From Schmidtea polychroa (taxonomy: Eukaryota): a stretch of 64,000 bases of DNA. Both the position numbers and the translations under genes were made by a program. The notes under the pieces are model-generated. The model saw only the letters and a list, made by a program, of their open reading frames with translations, ran no database searches and was not told where the DNA came from. Positions within the stretch are counted from its first letter, which is position 1. Each line of letters starts with the position of its first letter. This document shows positions 51,047-64,000 of this stretch, piece by piece. Location: NCBI GenBank assembly GCA_044892525.1, contig CM097887.1:26784001-26848000 (forward strand), in the 5' to 3' direction.

Positions 51047-51338
51047 CAGTAACTACTCTCTTATCCGCTATTTTCTGGAATCCGCCAATTTATTTTTGCA
51101 AAAATGAATATAAATAAATGTAAATTGGTTTAATAATATATTTTATTAATTATTTTTGTTTATAATTTTTGCTATTTTTGTATTAAATATGACTTTGGAT
51201 AACTGGATAATGAAGAATTGAATATTTTACTAGATTTTTTAATAAATTTTATTATTTTTTACTCTAAAAGCCCCCATTTTCTAGAAACCGCCACCTTTTT
51301 TAATGTCTCGTTTTTGGCGGATAACAGAGTAGCTACTG
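51047..51338. mobile_element. Tigger/pogo-type MITE, 292 bp
   Basis: TA|CAGTAACTACTCTCTTATCCGC ... GCGGATAACAGAGTAGCTACTG|TA: TIRs plus TA target duplication. Confidence 0.85.
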
Positions 51339-51589
51339 TACTCTTAAATTGAAAATCTATTTGAAATTATGTATTTCCCAATACTCAGTTAAGTTTACCA
51401 TTAGACCATTACAGTAGATTTTTATATGGCAGTTAATTTTAAAAAATTAAATATTACATATAATGACTCCTAAGATTTATCAAAATTCTAGGTGCGTTAT
51501 ATTCTGCATCAGATGTACGTTAAAAAAAATATTAATATTATAGTGGGAAATTTATAATTGAAAGTTTAAAATATTTTGTGTGTTTTGAC

Positions 51590-52200
51590 CAGTGTTGCCA
51601 CCTGTCCGGGTTTTGAAATGTGCATCCGGGTATCCAAGTGAAACCCAAAAATGTCCGGGTTGTATATGAATTGGACTACCACTTCAATTTGTCGTCAACT
51701 AAATAATTTATTTGTCACAAGATATTTTTAAATCGGGTTAAATGCTAAAAAATGTAATATAAAACAATGTGTTCACAATATTAATGACTGTATCTAAATG
51801 TGGACATCGAATCACAAGGTGACGATTTATTTCACGAGCTATGCTCATTAAATGATATATTAACTAAATATATCACCGAAAACGAAAAGAATGAAAAAAG
51901 CAATGGACTATTGTGGGCGCAAATACTGAAAAAAGTAGAATATCCTGTACTATGGAAGTTAATAGAATTTTTATTCAGCATTCGCACCCGTAATTCTTTC
52001 GTCGAACGAGTTTTTTCAGTAATGGGTTCATTGTGGTGGAATTAAAGGAACCCTTTAACGCCTGATCATGTTAAAGCCGAATTATTAATTTGAAACAATT
52101 TAAAAATAAAATGCGGCAAATGTCGGGTTATGGCATCAGGAAGTGAAAAGCTTTTAGAATTCAGTACCGACCAATATAAATTACAGTTTCAAAAAATGAA
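51590..52200 (+). mobile_element. Internally deleted hAT (Blackjack-like) element with a dimerisation-domain relic
   Basis: End CAGTGTTGCCACCTGTCCGGG; LIEFLFSIRTRNSFVERVFSVMGSLWWN*RNPL...VKAELL. Confidence 0.75.
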
Positions 52201-52269
52201 AAATAAAATTTACATTGTCTTTACAAAATATTTTCCTGTTTTTTAAGAAGCAATCTATTTTGTATGTTA

Positions 52270-52955
52270 TTTGATTGTAATAATAAAAACTTCAAAATCT
52301 TTTGCCATTTCAAGTAACTGCGTTTGCACATTATCTGCTAAATCTGTAATCCTACTAGCAACTGTATTGGCAGACAAGCAAACTTATACCTTCGAAAACG
52401 TTCTTCTTGCCAGGAATTAAAATTTCGCTAGCTTTCATAAGACATTCTTTTATAAATGATCCCTCTGTGATAGGTCGTGATGATTTACCAATCATTTCAC
52501 ATAGCACAAAACTTGTCCTTACTGAATCTTCACTGGCTTTGTTGATGTTTAAGAAGAAATTTCATTGCTTGGCATAGGCTGCTTTGAGTTGCTGAACTTT
52601 TTTCTTCTCTGATTTTTCCAGTAAATTCATCATACTTATCACGATGCATTATGTCGTAATGCCTACGCACGTTATACTCTTTAGAAACAGCAATCGTTTG
52701 CTGGCAAATAAGGCATTGTATTTTATCGTTTACCTCCGTGAAAAAATATAAAATCTCCCATTTCTCTTGAAAAATTCTTTTTTCTTCCACAAATGTTCGT
52801 TTTTTTGCTCCGGATGTCATTTTCTATAAATCGTATTTTATTTTATATTATGAATGTTTTGTTGTTGATTAAATTTATAGATTCATTAAGAATTTAAAAT
52901 TTACATTTTTGTTAAATGTTGGGTGTTGTTGAGGGCCGCGTGTTTGAGACCCCTG
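52270..52955 (-). mobile_element. hAT Charlie/SPIN (GTF2IRD2-like transposase) 5' fragment
   Basis: TIR CAGGGGTCTCAAACACGCGGCCC after tagag; FQEKWEILYFF...CLICQQTIAVSKEYNVRRHY and ITEGSFIKECL...SANTVASRI. Confidence 0.9.
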
Positions 52956-53072
52956 CTCTACATGATAGCATTCAAAAAAGTGTAAATATCCTATTCAGAT
53001 CTTCCTTACCTCATTAGAGCGCATGAGATCACTATTCGTTAAAACATTTGGTTAAATTGGATTAAATATGTA

Positions 53073-54036
53073 TCATTCGATAGAGAAAATGGTATGTTGT
53101 GGAAAAAATTTTAAATTATCTAAGCCGATGAATAATAATAATATATAATTAAGTAATCCGTGATAAATGTGTCCTTCGGGGTGGCCAAATGTCCAAATTT
53201 GAGCATGGCTGTCCTGAGCTGTGACTCCAGATATCTGACAGCCTCGGTTACATTCAGACATTGCTTCTATATATAATTATTAAATATATTTGGAAAAAAG
53301 TAACAAAATTGAAATCAGGGGATTTCATGTCGAAATGTGAATGTTATCAATGATCAAACAATTTATGAAATTTAAAAGTTAAGAATTAATTTTCAATACT
53401 AAGAATATCTGTGGAAAGTAAACGAAAATTCGAATCCTCGGTCATATAAGGGTTAAGATCAGTGGACGCGGTTGATGGACACGTTCTGACATCGTCAATT
53501 AAAGGAAAGTTTAAGGCACTTCTAAAAAGAAGAGAATTCAAGTCATTAGTCAAACAAAAAACTGAGTCATTTGTTTTCTGAAGTAGAGCACTTTTCGGTG
53601 TTTTTTTCTTGATCAAATCCAACACCGAATCGGTTTTATAATACATCATTCGATTGGAAGACTGAGCACGGAGAGGATGCTTTGGTTTCGTTTCCACTGA
53701 TAATTTATATCTTTCTTCGGCAGCCTTACGAACCAGGTTCTGATTCTTTTCTATTAATAATTTTGTTGCCAGATCTGTAGTATTCGGATTCATTTCTGTT
53801 GGTGTCGACCACGTTAATGGCTCTAGTGTATATGGATGGCGAGGATAAATGTCTCTTAGATTACCGGGATATGGATGAAAGTATTGCGGGATGGAATTAG
53901 AAACTTTCCAAACTTCTGAATGATTAATTACTGATTCCTGATTTGTTTATGCAAATTTTAATCTTTTTTTGTTATATAAAAACTAATTTTTACTTTAAGT
54001 TTTCTATTGTTGACATTGTCCTTGTATTTCTTTAAC
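53073..54036 (-). CDS. Internal/3' exons of a spliced gene lacking a start here; possibly the distal part of the ANKRD53-like gene
   Basis: Exons 54036-53994, 53937-53400 and 53266 onward join in frame across 56- and 133-bp GT-AG introns (LKKYKDNVNNRKLK/ESVINHSEVWKVSNSIP...STDILK/AMSECNRG...). Confidence 0.55.
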
Positions 54037-55220
54037 CTGAATAAATAAATCTCTATAAAATATAATTGTTTGAATATCTATAAATAAATTTGAAATAGGA
54101 AATTAAAATATTTTTTTTAATTTTTAAAAAATCGTAGAAACAAATTGGTTATCGGATGGTTTAAGTTAAAATAGTTTTTAAAATCACTCATGGAACATAA
54201 AATTTTTACAAATAAAGTGTTTTGTGATATTCTATGCAATTTCCAATGCAAAAAATAATTTCAAACGAGTTTGACTGTCATCAGTGAAGCAAAAACAAAT
54301 ATTAGTATTAAAAAATTTTATTATTAAAATATATTATTTTCAAATTGTTATTATTAAAAAATATTAATATTAAAAATTATTTTTATTAAAAATTATAATT
54401 ATTAAAAATATATATAATTATTCAAAATGTTTCATCCTTAAACTTTATTACTTTACCATATTTATTTATTTATTTATTAACTAAATTAATGCTCACATAT
54501 CAATTTAGTAAAATGAACTTTTGGAACCAGTTCGGCAGAGAGATTTAGAATTCAACCTTTATTGTCTACATTTTGTCAGATCCGAAAAAAACAAGTGGAA
54601 AAAGATATATTAAGAATGTAAATTCTAAGTATGAAGTGCAACCGAAGTGTTAAAAACTTTATTTTGAAGATTTAACATAGCATTTTTGCTATTTTATTCC
54701 ATTCAAACCTTTATTTAATCTTTCAATCGTGTTCAGAGGTCAAGCTCTTGTTCTTTATTCAGTTCCATTTTTTTTAAGTATAATTTTAAGGCTGTCTTTA
54801 TTTTATCTTTCGAGCGATCTAAGATTTTTAATAAAAATATTTTTATATAATTTAATAAATTAGTTTTACACTAATTTTCGGCACAAATTGTTTCAAGTAT
54901 TTGCTCTAAAAGTGAAATTTAAACAAAAAAAATTAACTATTTGTGTAATGAAAAGAAATGAAGATAAATAAAATTGAATATTAAAATATATAAAAAGGAA
55001 AGAAGATAATAGATATTACATAATTTCTTAATGAATGTATTTATATTTATATATTGTAGGAAGAATTAAAATAACTTTTTATATTTATATTTTTTTAGTC
55101 CATAATTACAGGGAAATATTACATTCAATTTATTTTTAATTTTTTTCGATTTTACTATAAATTAACAACTCAAAATCTGAATATGTCATTTATTTTTTTG
55201 TAAATAACTTTTGGTATTAA

Positions 55221-55445
55221 CTCTTTCCAGCCCAGCGATTCCAAATGGAATCATTAATTAAAAATTCAATTTTTGTCTTTCGACGATGTTGCCAGCAACT
55301 AATTGAAGCTAGATGTATTTTTAACAGTTGGCAATGTTGAATACGCATAAAAGTTGTATTAGATGACAGAAAAACAATTGTAGTTACCAGCGTGTTGTTT
55401 TTTTTTATTTACCAGCGCACCAAAAATAATTTTGACTGAAAAGGG
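55221..55445. mobile_element. piggyBac-type MITE, 225 bp
   Basis: TTAA|CTCTTTCCAG ... CTGAAAAGGG|TTAA. Confidence 0.75.
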
Positions 55446-55915
55446 TTAAATTCAGTGAAAATATTATTCCTAAATCAAAAACAAAAAGTCCCTTGATGTT
55501 GTGTAACCTTCTATATAATGTTATAGTCACCATAAAGTAATATGCAAGATGTCCCACGATCTGGCCACCATAGTTTGAAGATGTATAGACGAGGTCATTT
55601 TATCCTGAAAGCGCCTTATGAACATATGCGTTTACCTCAATTATTATTTAATTATTACAATTTTTATTTAAATTTTATATTTAGATAATATATAATTAAT
55701 TGTTTATTAATCGAATTTTGTTTATTTGTATTAAAAAATTATAAGATGATTGTTTATATATTTATTTAATTATTAATTATAATGTATAAAGTTTTTTGTT
55801 GAATGACTAACAAAAAATGTAACAGCGTAAGCTTTGTGATACCCAATGCAAGTTCCAGTAGTAGAGTAGTTTGGGACTTGCACTGGGTTTCACAAAGCTT
55901 ACGCTGTTTAATTAT

Positions 55916-56126
55916 ATTTGATATACTCGTGTATAAGCCGAGAAATTTTGGGCAATTTTTTAACCGAATTTTTAAGCTAACATGTCAAAAACAAGATTTT
56001 GTGATTATTTAAATAATTCGTCAGATTTTAGCTATTTTTTTTACCTCGGCTTATATACGGGTACTTGATTTTGGACAAAAAATTGACTATAAAAACTCAC
56101 TTCGGCTTATACAGGAGTATATACGG
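55916..56126. mobile_element. Tc2/pogo-type MITE
   Basis: Right end reverse complement TA|CCGTATATACTCCTGTATAAGCCGA; left atatactcgtgtataagccgag (terminal bases eroded). Confidence 0.65.
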
Positions 56127-56678
56127 TATATATTTATAATTATTTATGTATAATTGTAAAGTATGATGAATGAATAAGTTGTGATAAATAATTCGAAAAA
56201 AGGTAAAATAAAATTGCTCAAAATATTAAAACAATATTTCTTTAAAGATTTATAATGATGTTTATAATTATTTTTGTGTACAATTTTTCAAATGATGCGT
56301 TTCAATTTCAATAGCAATCACGTCAGAATATTATATAATATTTTTAGAAAATGTAATCAGACAAATTTGTGAATTATCTTAAAATTTTTCTATATTTGTT
56401 TTCAATTATATTTACTTTTTCACCATTAATTGATTTTTTTTCAATTGATTTTTATTTTTAATAAATCGATATAAAATAAAAATTTGATCTATAGTCTGAA
56501 AAGAAATAAAGAAAAAGAAAATTGAATCTATTTTTAAGTGTGGATGTTTAACTCTAATAGTTTCACTTAGATAACTAATTTATAAGACTTTTAAGTCATA
56601 TTGGGATAAGATTTGAAAAATTGATTGACATATCCCTTGATTTAAGGTGATGTTTTAAACAAAATATAGTTATTGATT

Positions 56679-57567
56679 TTACTCGATTTCCTTTTTTCGG
56701 TCTTCTTCTTCCTTATCATCAAAAGTTTTCTTTTTCGAATTTCCCGCCGTATTTTTGTAAAGCCACTTATAAAATGCTTGCGAACTGTCAAATCGTTTAT
56801 TGTCCGAAATGTCTAAACTCTTTTCTAGTCTCTCTAGTATTTCTCGGATTTCCGATTTTTTCATTTCATATCTTTCATTGATGATCAAATTCTTATCGTG
56901 ATGCCAACTGTACGTTGCCAACAGCCTAAAATTAACGGAAATTATCAGCCGAAAACTTTCAACCGTCAATATACTTTGCGCATTTTTTGTGTCCCCACAA
57001 TTTTGCCAAATCAATCGGACGATTTCCTCTGTTGTCTTTCGATGTAAAGTCGGCTCCTGCTTCAATCAATTGTTTTAAACAGAGAAAATTGCCTTCATTG
57101 GCAGCTTGATGAATCGGAGTGAAACCGTCTTCATTGGAACTAGAAACATAAAGAAGAAATGAATAAATCTCTCAGAGAAATAAACCAAAAAAACGCACGC
57201 AGATAAATTAGCGCCTTTATGAATGAGATAAAGAAGAGTTTGAAGGCTACGTTTCCCAATTTTATTATTAATACAAAGATGGATTGGACGCCATCCATGT
57301 GCACTTGATAAGTCAATATTGACACATAAATCTTCAATTAAAAATTTAATGCACTCAAATCTGCCATGAATAGAAGCCAAATGTAAAGCAGATAATCCCT
57401 GGAATGAAGATTGTGTTTATCTTAATTTTACAGGCTACAAATCAACAAACATTTTCATCAAAATCAATATATGATGTCTTTTTACATAAACTTTGTCTCA
57501 ACCACTCCAAGTCACCGATAGATGCAGCCATAAATTCATCTTGAATATTAGATTTTTTACTTTTCAT
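56679..57567 (-). CDS. ANKRD53: Ankyrin repeat protein, ANKRD53-like; 4 exons, 242 aa if it ends at the first stop
   Basis: Exons 57567-57451, 57398-57199, 57139-56975 and 56925-56679 join in frame across 52-, 59- and 49-bp GT-AG introns. Ankyrin repeats GLSALHLASIHG, GWRPIHL, GFTPIHQAANEG, GNRPIDLAKLWGHKKCAK and downstream YSWHHDK / KWL resemble recalled human ANKRD53 (YKPIDFCKIWNHRACAR...AMWKKDK...KWL). Confidence 0.75.
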
Positions 57568-57709
57568 TTGAATTCAATTTACTAGTTTCCATGAAAATAG
57601 ATTTTTAAAACAAACATTAATTTTTGTCAAAAATCATTTTAAATTATACATTACAAGTAAATGTATAAAAGTATACCAAAAATGAGAAAAATAAATTAAA
57701 TTGCTTTTA

Positions 57710-59918
57710 AATAATTAAAAGAAATTTTCAAATTTATCAATGAAAAAGAAATTTACCTTTGACGGTTTTTTTAGATAAAATTTAAATATTATACTTTCAT
57801 TGGATTCATTGGTGGCCGGACAAAATGTCACGGACAAAATGCCGTGGACAATATAGTTTTTCATCATGGCAAATTTTACTTTCATGCCAAAAAATTCGGT
57901 GTCCATGTTATTTTTCAACGATTCTCGAAATTTTATCAATGTTAAATAAAGATCACATGCCAGAGTTGTACGAGTTTCTAGAATTAGTAAATTTTTTTGA
58001 AAAGAAGACATAAATGAGTTAACGAAATAGATATAAATTTTGGAAATTGTACGTTCATCTACTGGCGACATTTAACTTTCTTGATCAAGTATCATTGTCC
58101 ATATTGGTCTTGGACATTCGTCTTCACCTAAAGCTAAAAAATAATATTTGAGCGGCTGCCAGCTTAGTAACAAGCGATCAACTGCTTTAAATAAAGATAG
58201 CCATCTAGCAGGACTATGTCGAACCACTTCATGAAATTCTGATTCGTAAAACTCATAACATTCTTTTAAATTTTCTCGCATTTTTGCTGAATTAGATTTT
58301 TAATCGATCTTGAATCTTCGAAAGTATTCTCAAAAAAATCTAATATTTTAAAACTCAATCCATTCTGTAGAAAATAAAATTGAACTACTACAGTAAATAT
58401 CTTACGATTACCTGTATTCGATGCGTCAGTAGAAATAGAAAATGGAACGTTGTTTTTCAAATCTTTTATCACAAGTTCAATTGAAAAAATGTACAAAACA
58501 TTGTGTGCAACTGTTACAGCTTTATTACGTCCAGCTGTAACATTTTTAGCGATTTGTGAATCAGAAAATGCCTGTTTTATAATTTTAATTCCGCATTCCT
58601 GAGCTAAGTATGATAAATAGTTCTTTACACTATGATAATTATGCAACAATTCAGCAATAGTTACTGCATCGTTTTGGGAATTATCTTTCGGTGAAAAGAA
58701 AGATTTTAATCGTTGAGGAAAAGCTGCAGCAGTTTCAGCTTCAATATGTTTTTTGAGTTTGCGTGTTGAGTTGGAGTTTTAATGCCACGTTATATTACAC
58801 AGTTTGCATCTTGCTTTGCTGCTGGATTTTTCATTTCCAACATAGCCTTCGCTGACCCAAGTATATTTGATGGATGACAGGGCCGAGCAATAAGGGAGTT
58901 CGATCTCACAAAATATTATGGAGTAGGCCCAAATAAATACAGGGTGAATGTTTATATAGAGCCCTTATAACATCATACATCCACATCTTTCAATCCAACC
59001 CAATTCAGCCCAGAGAGTTTCGCAATCCAACTCAATCCAGTGGTGACTATATTGTAAATATAACTGTTTAAATTTTTGTGATTCAGTTTGATTTATAATT
59101 TGACTTATTAATGTAATTATCATTGACATTTCATTTCATCCTTGTGGCTTATTTATTTTTATTTTTGACTGGTTATGATTTTATTTATTATTGCTAACTA
59201 TGTTTTATTCGTATTGTGCTATAAATAATTGGGCTTTTATTTGCTTATAATCTATTTATCATTTGTTTTCCTGTTTTCACATAAAATCTTAATTATGTAA
59301 TTAGGGGATGGGATTAATAAAATTTACTTATTAACATTTATTAATTAAGAAAATTTTAATTTAATATAAAATAGCTGTAGAAATTAAAAGGAGAAATAAA
59401 ACAGTTAGAATTGGCATTTTCAGCTATAAAATTTTTGAAATAAAATATTTCTTTTGATTTATAAGTATTCTTGAAAATATTCTTAATAAGAAACATGTGA
59501 TAATAAAAACATGTGGAAATAAAATAATTCTTGATATGATTCTTTAAGACTTGAAAATAATAAATTATTTTTTACAATAACAGCTGTCAAAAAAATTTGT
59601 ATAAATAGCGACTTAAAATCACTATTCTTACTAATAACTAAAATAAAACCACTTTACATAATCTAAAAAGGTAAATCCTTTTTAGGTTTTAAACTCAGAC
59701 GGACACGACAGAAAAGTCTCAAATCGCACCCAACATAGCACGGAATAACATAACAGTAATCCAATTACATATTTGCACGCATTATCTAGCGAAATCGAAA
59801 TCTGAAGTCGAAAGAAAATTGTACATTTAATTGGTAAATTTTTGATTATAAATAAGCTTTTTACAAGTAGTTGAATTAACTGACTGTCCGGTTCAAAACC
59901 GGGTACCTGGCAACCATA
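57710..59918 (-). mobile_element. hAT (Blackjack-like) transposon with a fragmented transposase
   Basis: 5' end TATGGTTGCCAGGTACCCGG at 59918; zinc-finger-like KARCKLC, FSDSQIAK...GRNKA, FSISTDASNTGNRKIF and VRHSPARWLSL motifs over 58870-57710. Confidence 0.8.
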
Positions 59919-60009
59919 AAAGTAAATGACAAAAAACACAATTAATTGAAAAATTAACCTTAATAAATGAAATTATAATACTATTAAATGTGTTGGTGTT
60001 TAGGTGTGT

Positions 60010-60800
60010 GTTGTTTAAAGGCTTCAAGATTTCTTCCCTAATCTATTGTATTCAATGAAAATGATTGTAGCAGATAAAAATGCTGTCAACACTGTTAAGA
60101 AAACCAGTATCGTTATCAAACTTCAGAGAGCTGCAAATTCTGCAGGGTTAGAAGAACCCGTGCTTATTGGATGCCAACAACACATACTTGATACCGTCTT
60201 GAAACATGCGCTCAATGATATATTTGAAGAAAAAATTCAATCACCAGATATTAATTATTTCTTCGTAAAAAAGATTCAAACTTCTTAAAATGAATTAAAA
60301 GCTACATTTGAAAATGACGGTGTTTCACTGTATGTTCAAAGTAAAGGATGAAGAGATGACATGAAATTACTTCACCACCTTATTGAAGTTTATAAATACT
60401 TCAAAGAAAATAATCATTTACCTAAGGTCAACATACCTGTTAGACTTCCTAAACTTTCGAATGCAAGATTGAATTCCGGTGCCATTTACTTGCTTTTGAT
60501 TTTTTTGCTCTGCGCGGACACAAGACTTGACCAAAGAATAGTGAATTCATGTAAATTCGTCGTAAAGTGAAGACCAGAAATATGAGCCTAGTTCCTATGA
60601 AATGCTGATTGGTATTTGTGAGAAGTACAATAAAGCAAAAAAATCAGTTATAAACTTTTGGAGTCAGGCACCGTCACCAATAGACACACCTCGATCCAAC
60701 ATATGTGCCGAGAGAGCAATCAATGTGCTACAGGATTTGAAGGACTTATGTAACTAGGAAAGAACATTAAATTTAAGGTTTCTATTATCAAATATTAGGT
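60010..60800 (+). pseudogene. hAT-superfamily (hATm/hATx-like) transposase relic
   Basis: MIVADKNAVNT, IGCQQHILD (CxxH), SPDINY, RDDMKLL and LPKLSNARLNS (RW position); stops present. Confidence 0.6.
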
Positions 60801-61850
60801 GACCGTGATGTATTTAAAAATAAATATTAGTGTCGTTTTTATCTTTATTTATCAGTTATATTTTAAATTCGTAATGGAGGGTGACATTTTCTTAGAATAT
60901 AGAGAAATGATTACCATTTTAGGGAATTTTACACAAATACTTATCGCAAAATAATAGTGGTACAATACATTTCAATTTTTTTTAAAAATCACTCCCTTAC
61001 TGAACATAAAGCCAATTTATTTAAATTTATTAATGAACAAAATATAAAATATAAAATGTATAGAATACTTATTAACTATAGTTTTTTTTTAATTTATAAA
61101 CAAAGGGCTGGTATCCGATACCCCTTCTGTTATCGAGCTTGGGTACACAATATGGTTGTTTCGGTACCATACATGTTTGTAGTATAATGAATGTTAGATG
61201 CTATAACATTCAATTCTTCTGTCATCAAATAAATTACTAAGACTAAATAAATCCAAAATTATATTTCATTAAATCTGCTTATGTAAACAAATATTAAACC
61301 GCTGACTATAATTTAAAAAACAGATCCCCCATAGTGATCAAAAAATTGACCATCCCTGGTATATGTAATGACTCATGAGTAGATGGATGGGAGCTCCCAA
61401 GATCAGGAGCTCCCTGCATCACATATACCCCCCCCCCCTCCCCCCGGGAAAAAAAATTTTTTTTTAAATTAAGTGATCCAGAGGGCTCACACTTTTTTTA
61501 TCCCAAATATTAATGTTCCTGCCAACAGATACCTCAACGATACCTCATCTTAAAGCCCAATGCCAGACCTTTAAGATGTGCTATAGGTATCCTATATATC
61601 TTTAATAGTTTTAATGTTATTAACATTTGATGACCACCATCTTTTCAAAGTTAAATTATTATTATTATTCAAAATATTATTAGTGATCTGGCGGGCTCCT
61701 GGTTTTCCTTTGCCCAAAAGTTATCGTTCCCATTATCCGAATTTATTAATCGATAGCTTATTTTGAAGCTTAGTGCAAGATCTATCTATTGATAAATAAA
61801 TATTATTATTATCATTTTTATTGGCTAAATTATTAACGTTTTCCCGAGAC

Positions 61851-61970
61851 CATTTTCAAGGTCATTTGTCTATTATTATTTTTCAAAATAATATTATTTT
61901 TCAAGGACATTTATTTTTTCAAGGTCATTTATTTTTTCAAGGTCATTTATTTTTTCAAGGTCATATTTAA
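61851..61970 (+). repeat. 18-bp tandem repeat (TTTTTCAAGGTCATTTAT) x4 plus one detached unit
   Basis: Directly visible at 61898-61970. Confidence 0.9.
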
Positions 61971-62097
61971 AATTTTAAATTTACAGAGTTCCCGCCAACA
62001 AAAATTGTTCATCTATAGCTCTTTTTAAAGCCCAATCCAAGACCTTTCGAATGAGCCATATATTATTATTATTATTATTAGTATTAATATATATATA

Positions 62098-62531
62098 CTC
62101 CTAGTCTATCCGACAAAATATTCTGTCCCCCTATGGGTACTGCTCACAAGGGTACTGCTCACACTCGACAAGTCACATGAGTATTGTTCACAAAGTTACT
62201 GGTAAAAATATTCAAGACAAAACTTTAACAAAGAAATTATACTTTAAATATACACTAAAATTTATTACCACATTCACATTCATCATCTCCACAGTTCATA
62301 ACATTTTCAACAACATGATCTATACAATGTTTACTGATTGTTGTTATATAGTTGTAGGTTGATAATGCTTAGTACCTGGTTGTTGTCGGTTGTAAGTACT
62401 TAGTATCTAGTTGTTAGCTGGTTGTTGGTATCTAGTATCTAGTAAATGGGTAGGTGGGGGTTGAGTGTTAGCAATACCCTTACGACCAGTACCCTTAGGG
62501 GGTCAAAACAACCTGTCGGATAAACTCAGAG
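62098..62531. mobile_element. MITE with ~40-bp TIRs in a TA context, with internal gttgtaagta/gtatctagttg simple repeats
   Basis: Left ctcctagtctatccgaca...tgtccccctatgggtactg vs right reverse complement ctctgagtttatccgaca...tgaccccctaagggtactg. Confidence 0.65.
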
Positions 62532-64000
62532 TATATATAATAAAACTGATCAACAATAAGTATTTATTGAATGCGATTTTTACATTGCAATAATAAGTCA
62601 GTAGTAATCAATTAAAAGAAGATTGTTTTGTAAATTAGAATTCTATAGTCTTTCATTTTAATTTAAATTATCATCAATCCCACGTAGTGATGAGTTGACA
62701 ATTATTCAATTTTTGATGAAAATCATCATTTTTGTTAAATTTAGACATTTTGAAAAGGTTTTTCTACTGATTGTAATTAAACATATTTTGAAGACAGATA
62801 AAAAATTAATTTAAAAAGCATTTCATAAAATACAATGAAGAATATTTAGTTGATTGTAAGTAGTTAGTTGTAAGTATCTGGTTGTTTGAGAGTTAGTTAG
62901 TACGTGGTATCATGTTGAAAGTATTTGGTATCTAGCTGTTTGTTAGAAATACATTGTTGTAAGTATTTGATTGTAAGTATCTGGTTGACCTTTTAAATTT
63001 TGACTTAAACATATTTGATTGTAATAATTTACAAACAAATAATGTTTTCCCACAGCCCTTGGATCAATAATTTGATATACTGCATCATTTCTCAATTCCA
63101 TTTTAATTAATTTAATCTATTAATATTATTTATATTTGTTTTAATTAATTGTTATACATGAATAAAAAATATTCAAATATAATTACATTATTAATGCTTA
63201 GCAATATAAAGTATTATTTTTATTATTATTATTTTTATTATTATTTTTATTAATATTATTTTATTATCATTATTATCATTATTATTATTTGTAAAATTTG
63301 CATCTAAATTTTCTTTAAAAACTATTTCATTAAAATTTTCATTTCTCAAAACCTGACTATCATTCAAACTTTTTTATAATAGATTAAAAATTATTACTTT
63401 AATTAAAAATGTATGTCCATAATTTACTTTAATTTAATTATTACTATCAATTCTCATTCTCTTTCTAAATTTATTAGTTAGTTTTAAAATTTATCTTTTT
63501 CATTTACTATTATTTTTATTAGTAGTGGTTAATTGAAATCTGTCTTTGAAATTAATTTAATATAAATTTGTATTTAATTTTGACTTGGAAAATTATTTCA
63601 TAAAAACTTTACACTGATTGAAAATATGCTAACGGAAAAACTGAGCGATGTTAAGAAAAGGTATTTCAATTTGTAAAGAAAATCAAGTTTCGGTTTTGTA
63701 TTTACCGTGTGGTCACGTAATTGTTTGTTCTAAGTGTCACGAGAAGAATGTTCACAATTGTCAAGCCTGTTCAACACTGATTAATGAATATCATACTATA
63801 TACATGTAAGTTCTCAATACAAATCAATACAATATCAAAGTCAAATGAATTATTACCATACATAATGACGGTACTATAATATAGAAAATTTTCAAACATT
63901 GAATAATATGAAATAATATTGGTAATTAAATATATTGGGCGCAACTACCAAATGGTGATGATATGTTAAATTTACCAATTTAGTTAGAAATCCATGTTTT

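Noticed and set aside
54255-54290. CTGATGA...GAAA on the minus strand as another hammerhead
   Set aside because: Stem II does not pair at its base, extra TTT precedes GAAA, and there is no stem I or stem III match.
61851-61970. Short direct repeats as a CRISPR-like array
   Set aside because: The units are contiguous with no unique spacers, the context is eukaryotic, and no cas genes are present.

Overview
AT-rich eukaryotic, most likely invertebrate animal, draft scaffold with many N gaps and short (47-133 bp) GT-AG introns; it is not prokaryotic (no CRISPR, rRNA or tRNA seen). Host-type genes: two almost identical intronless UBE2Z-type E2 ubiquitin-conjugating genes (15469-16113, 32336-32980) plus an inverted mosaic fragment (35125-35467); an ANKRD53-like ankyrin gene (56679-57567, 4 exons); an unidentified spliced gene (38473 to about 40283) with a truncated, frameshifted duplicate (18058-18687); and a 3-exon minus-strand gene fragment (53073-54036). 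The rest is largely decayed mobile DNA: Penelope-like retroelements (RT, GIY-YIG, pseudo-LTRs) with two distinct minimal hammerhead-ribozyme families, Polinton/Maverick polymerase relics (one inside long inverted repeats), Tigger/pogo, mariner, piggyBac and several hAT elements and MITEs, and Gypsy, BEL/Pao and LINE fragments. The most interesting signals are (i) the duplicated intronless E2 cassette lying directly downstream of a Penelope pseudo-LTR, suggesting retroelement-assisted gene capture with later homogenisation, and (ii) a structured unit of long inverted repeats with GC-rich hairpins, an orphan ORF and a hammerhead relic. All identifications come from manual motif reading, no database search; comparisons to known proteins are from memory.
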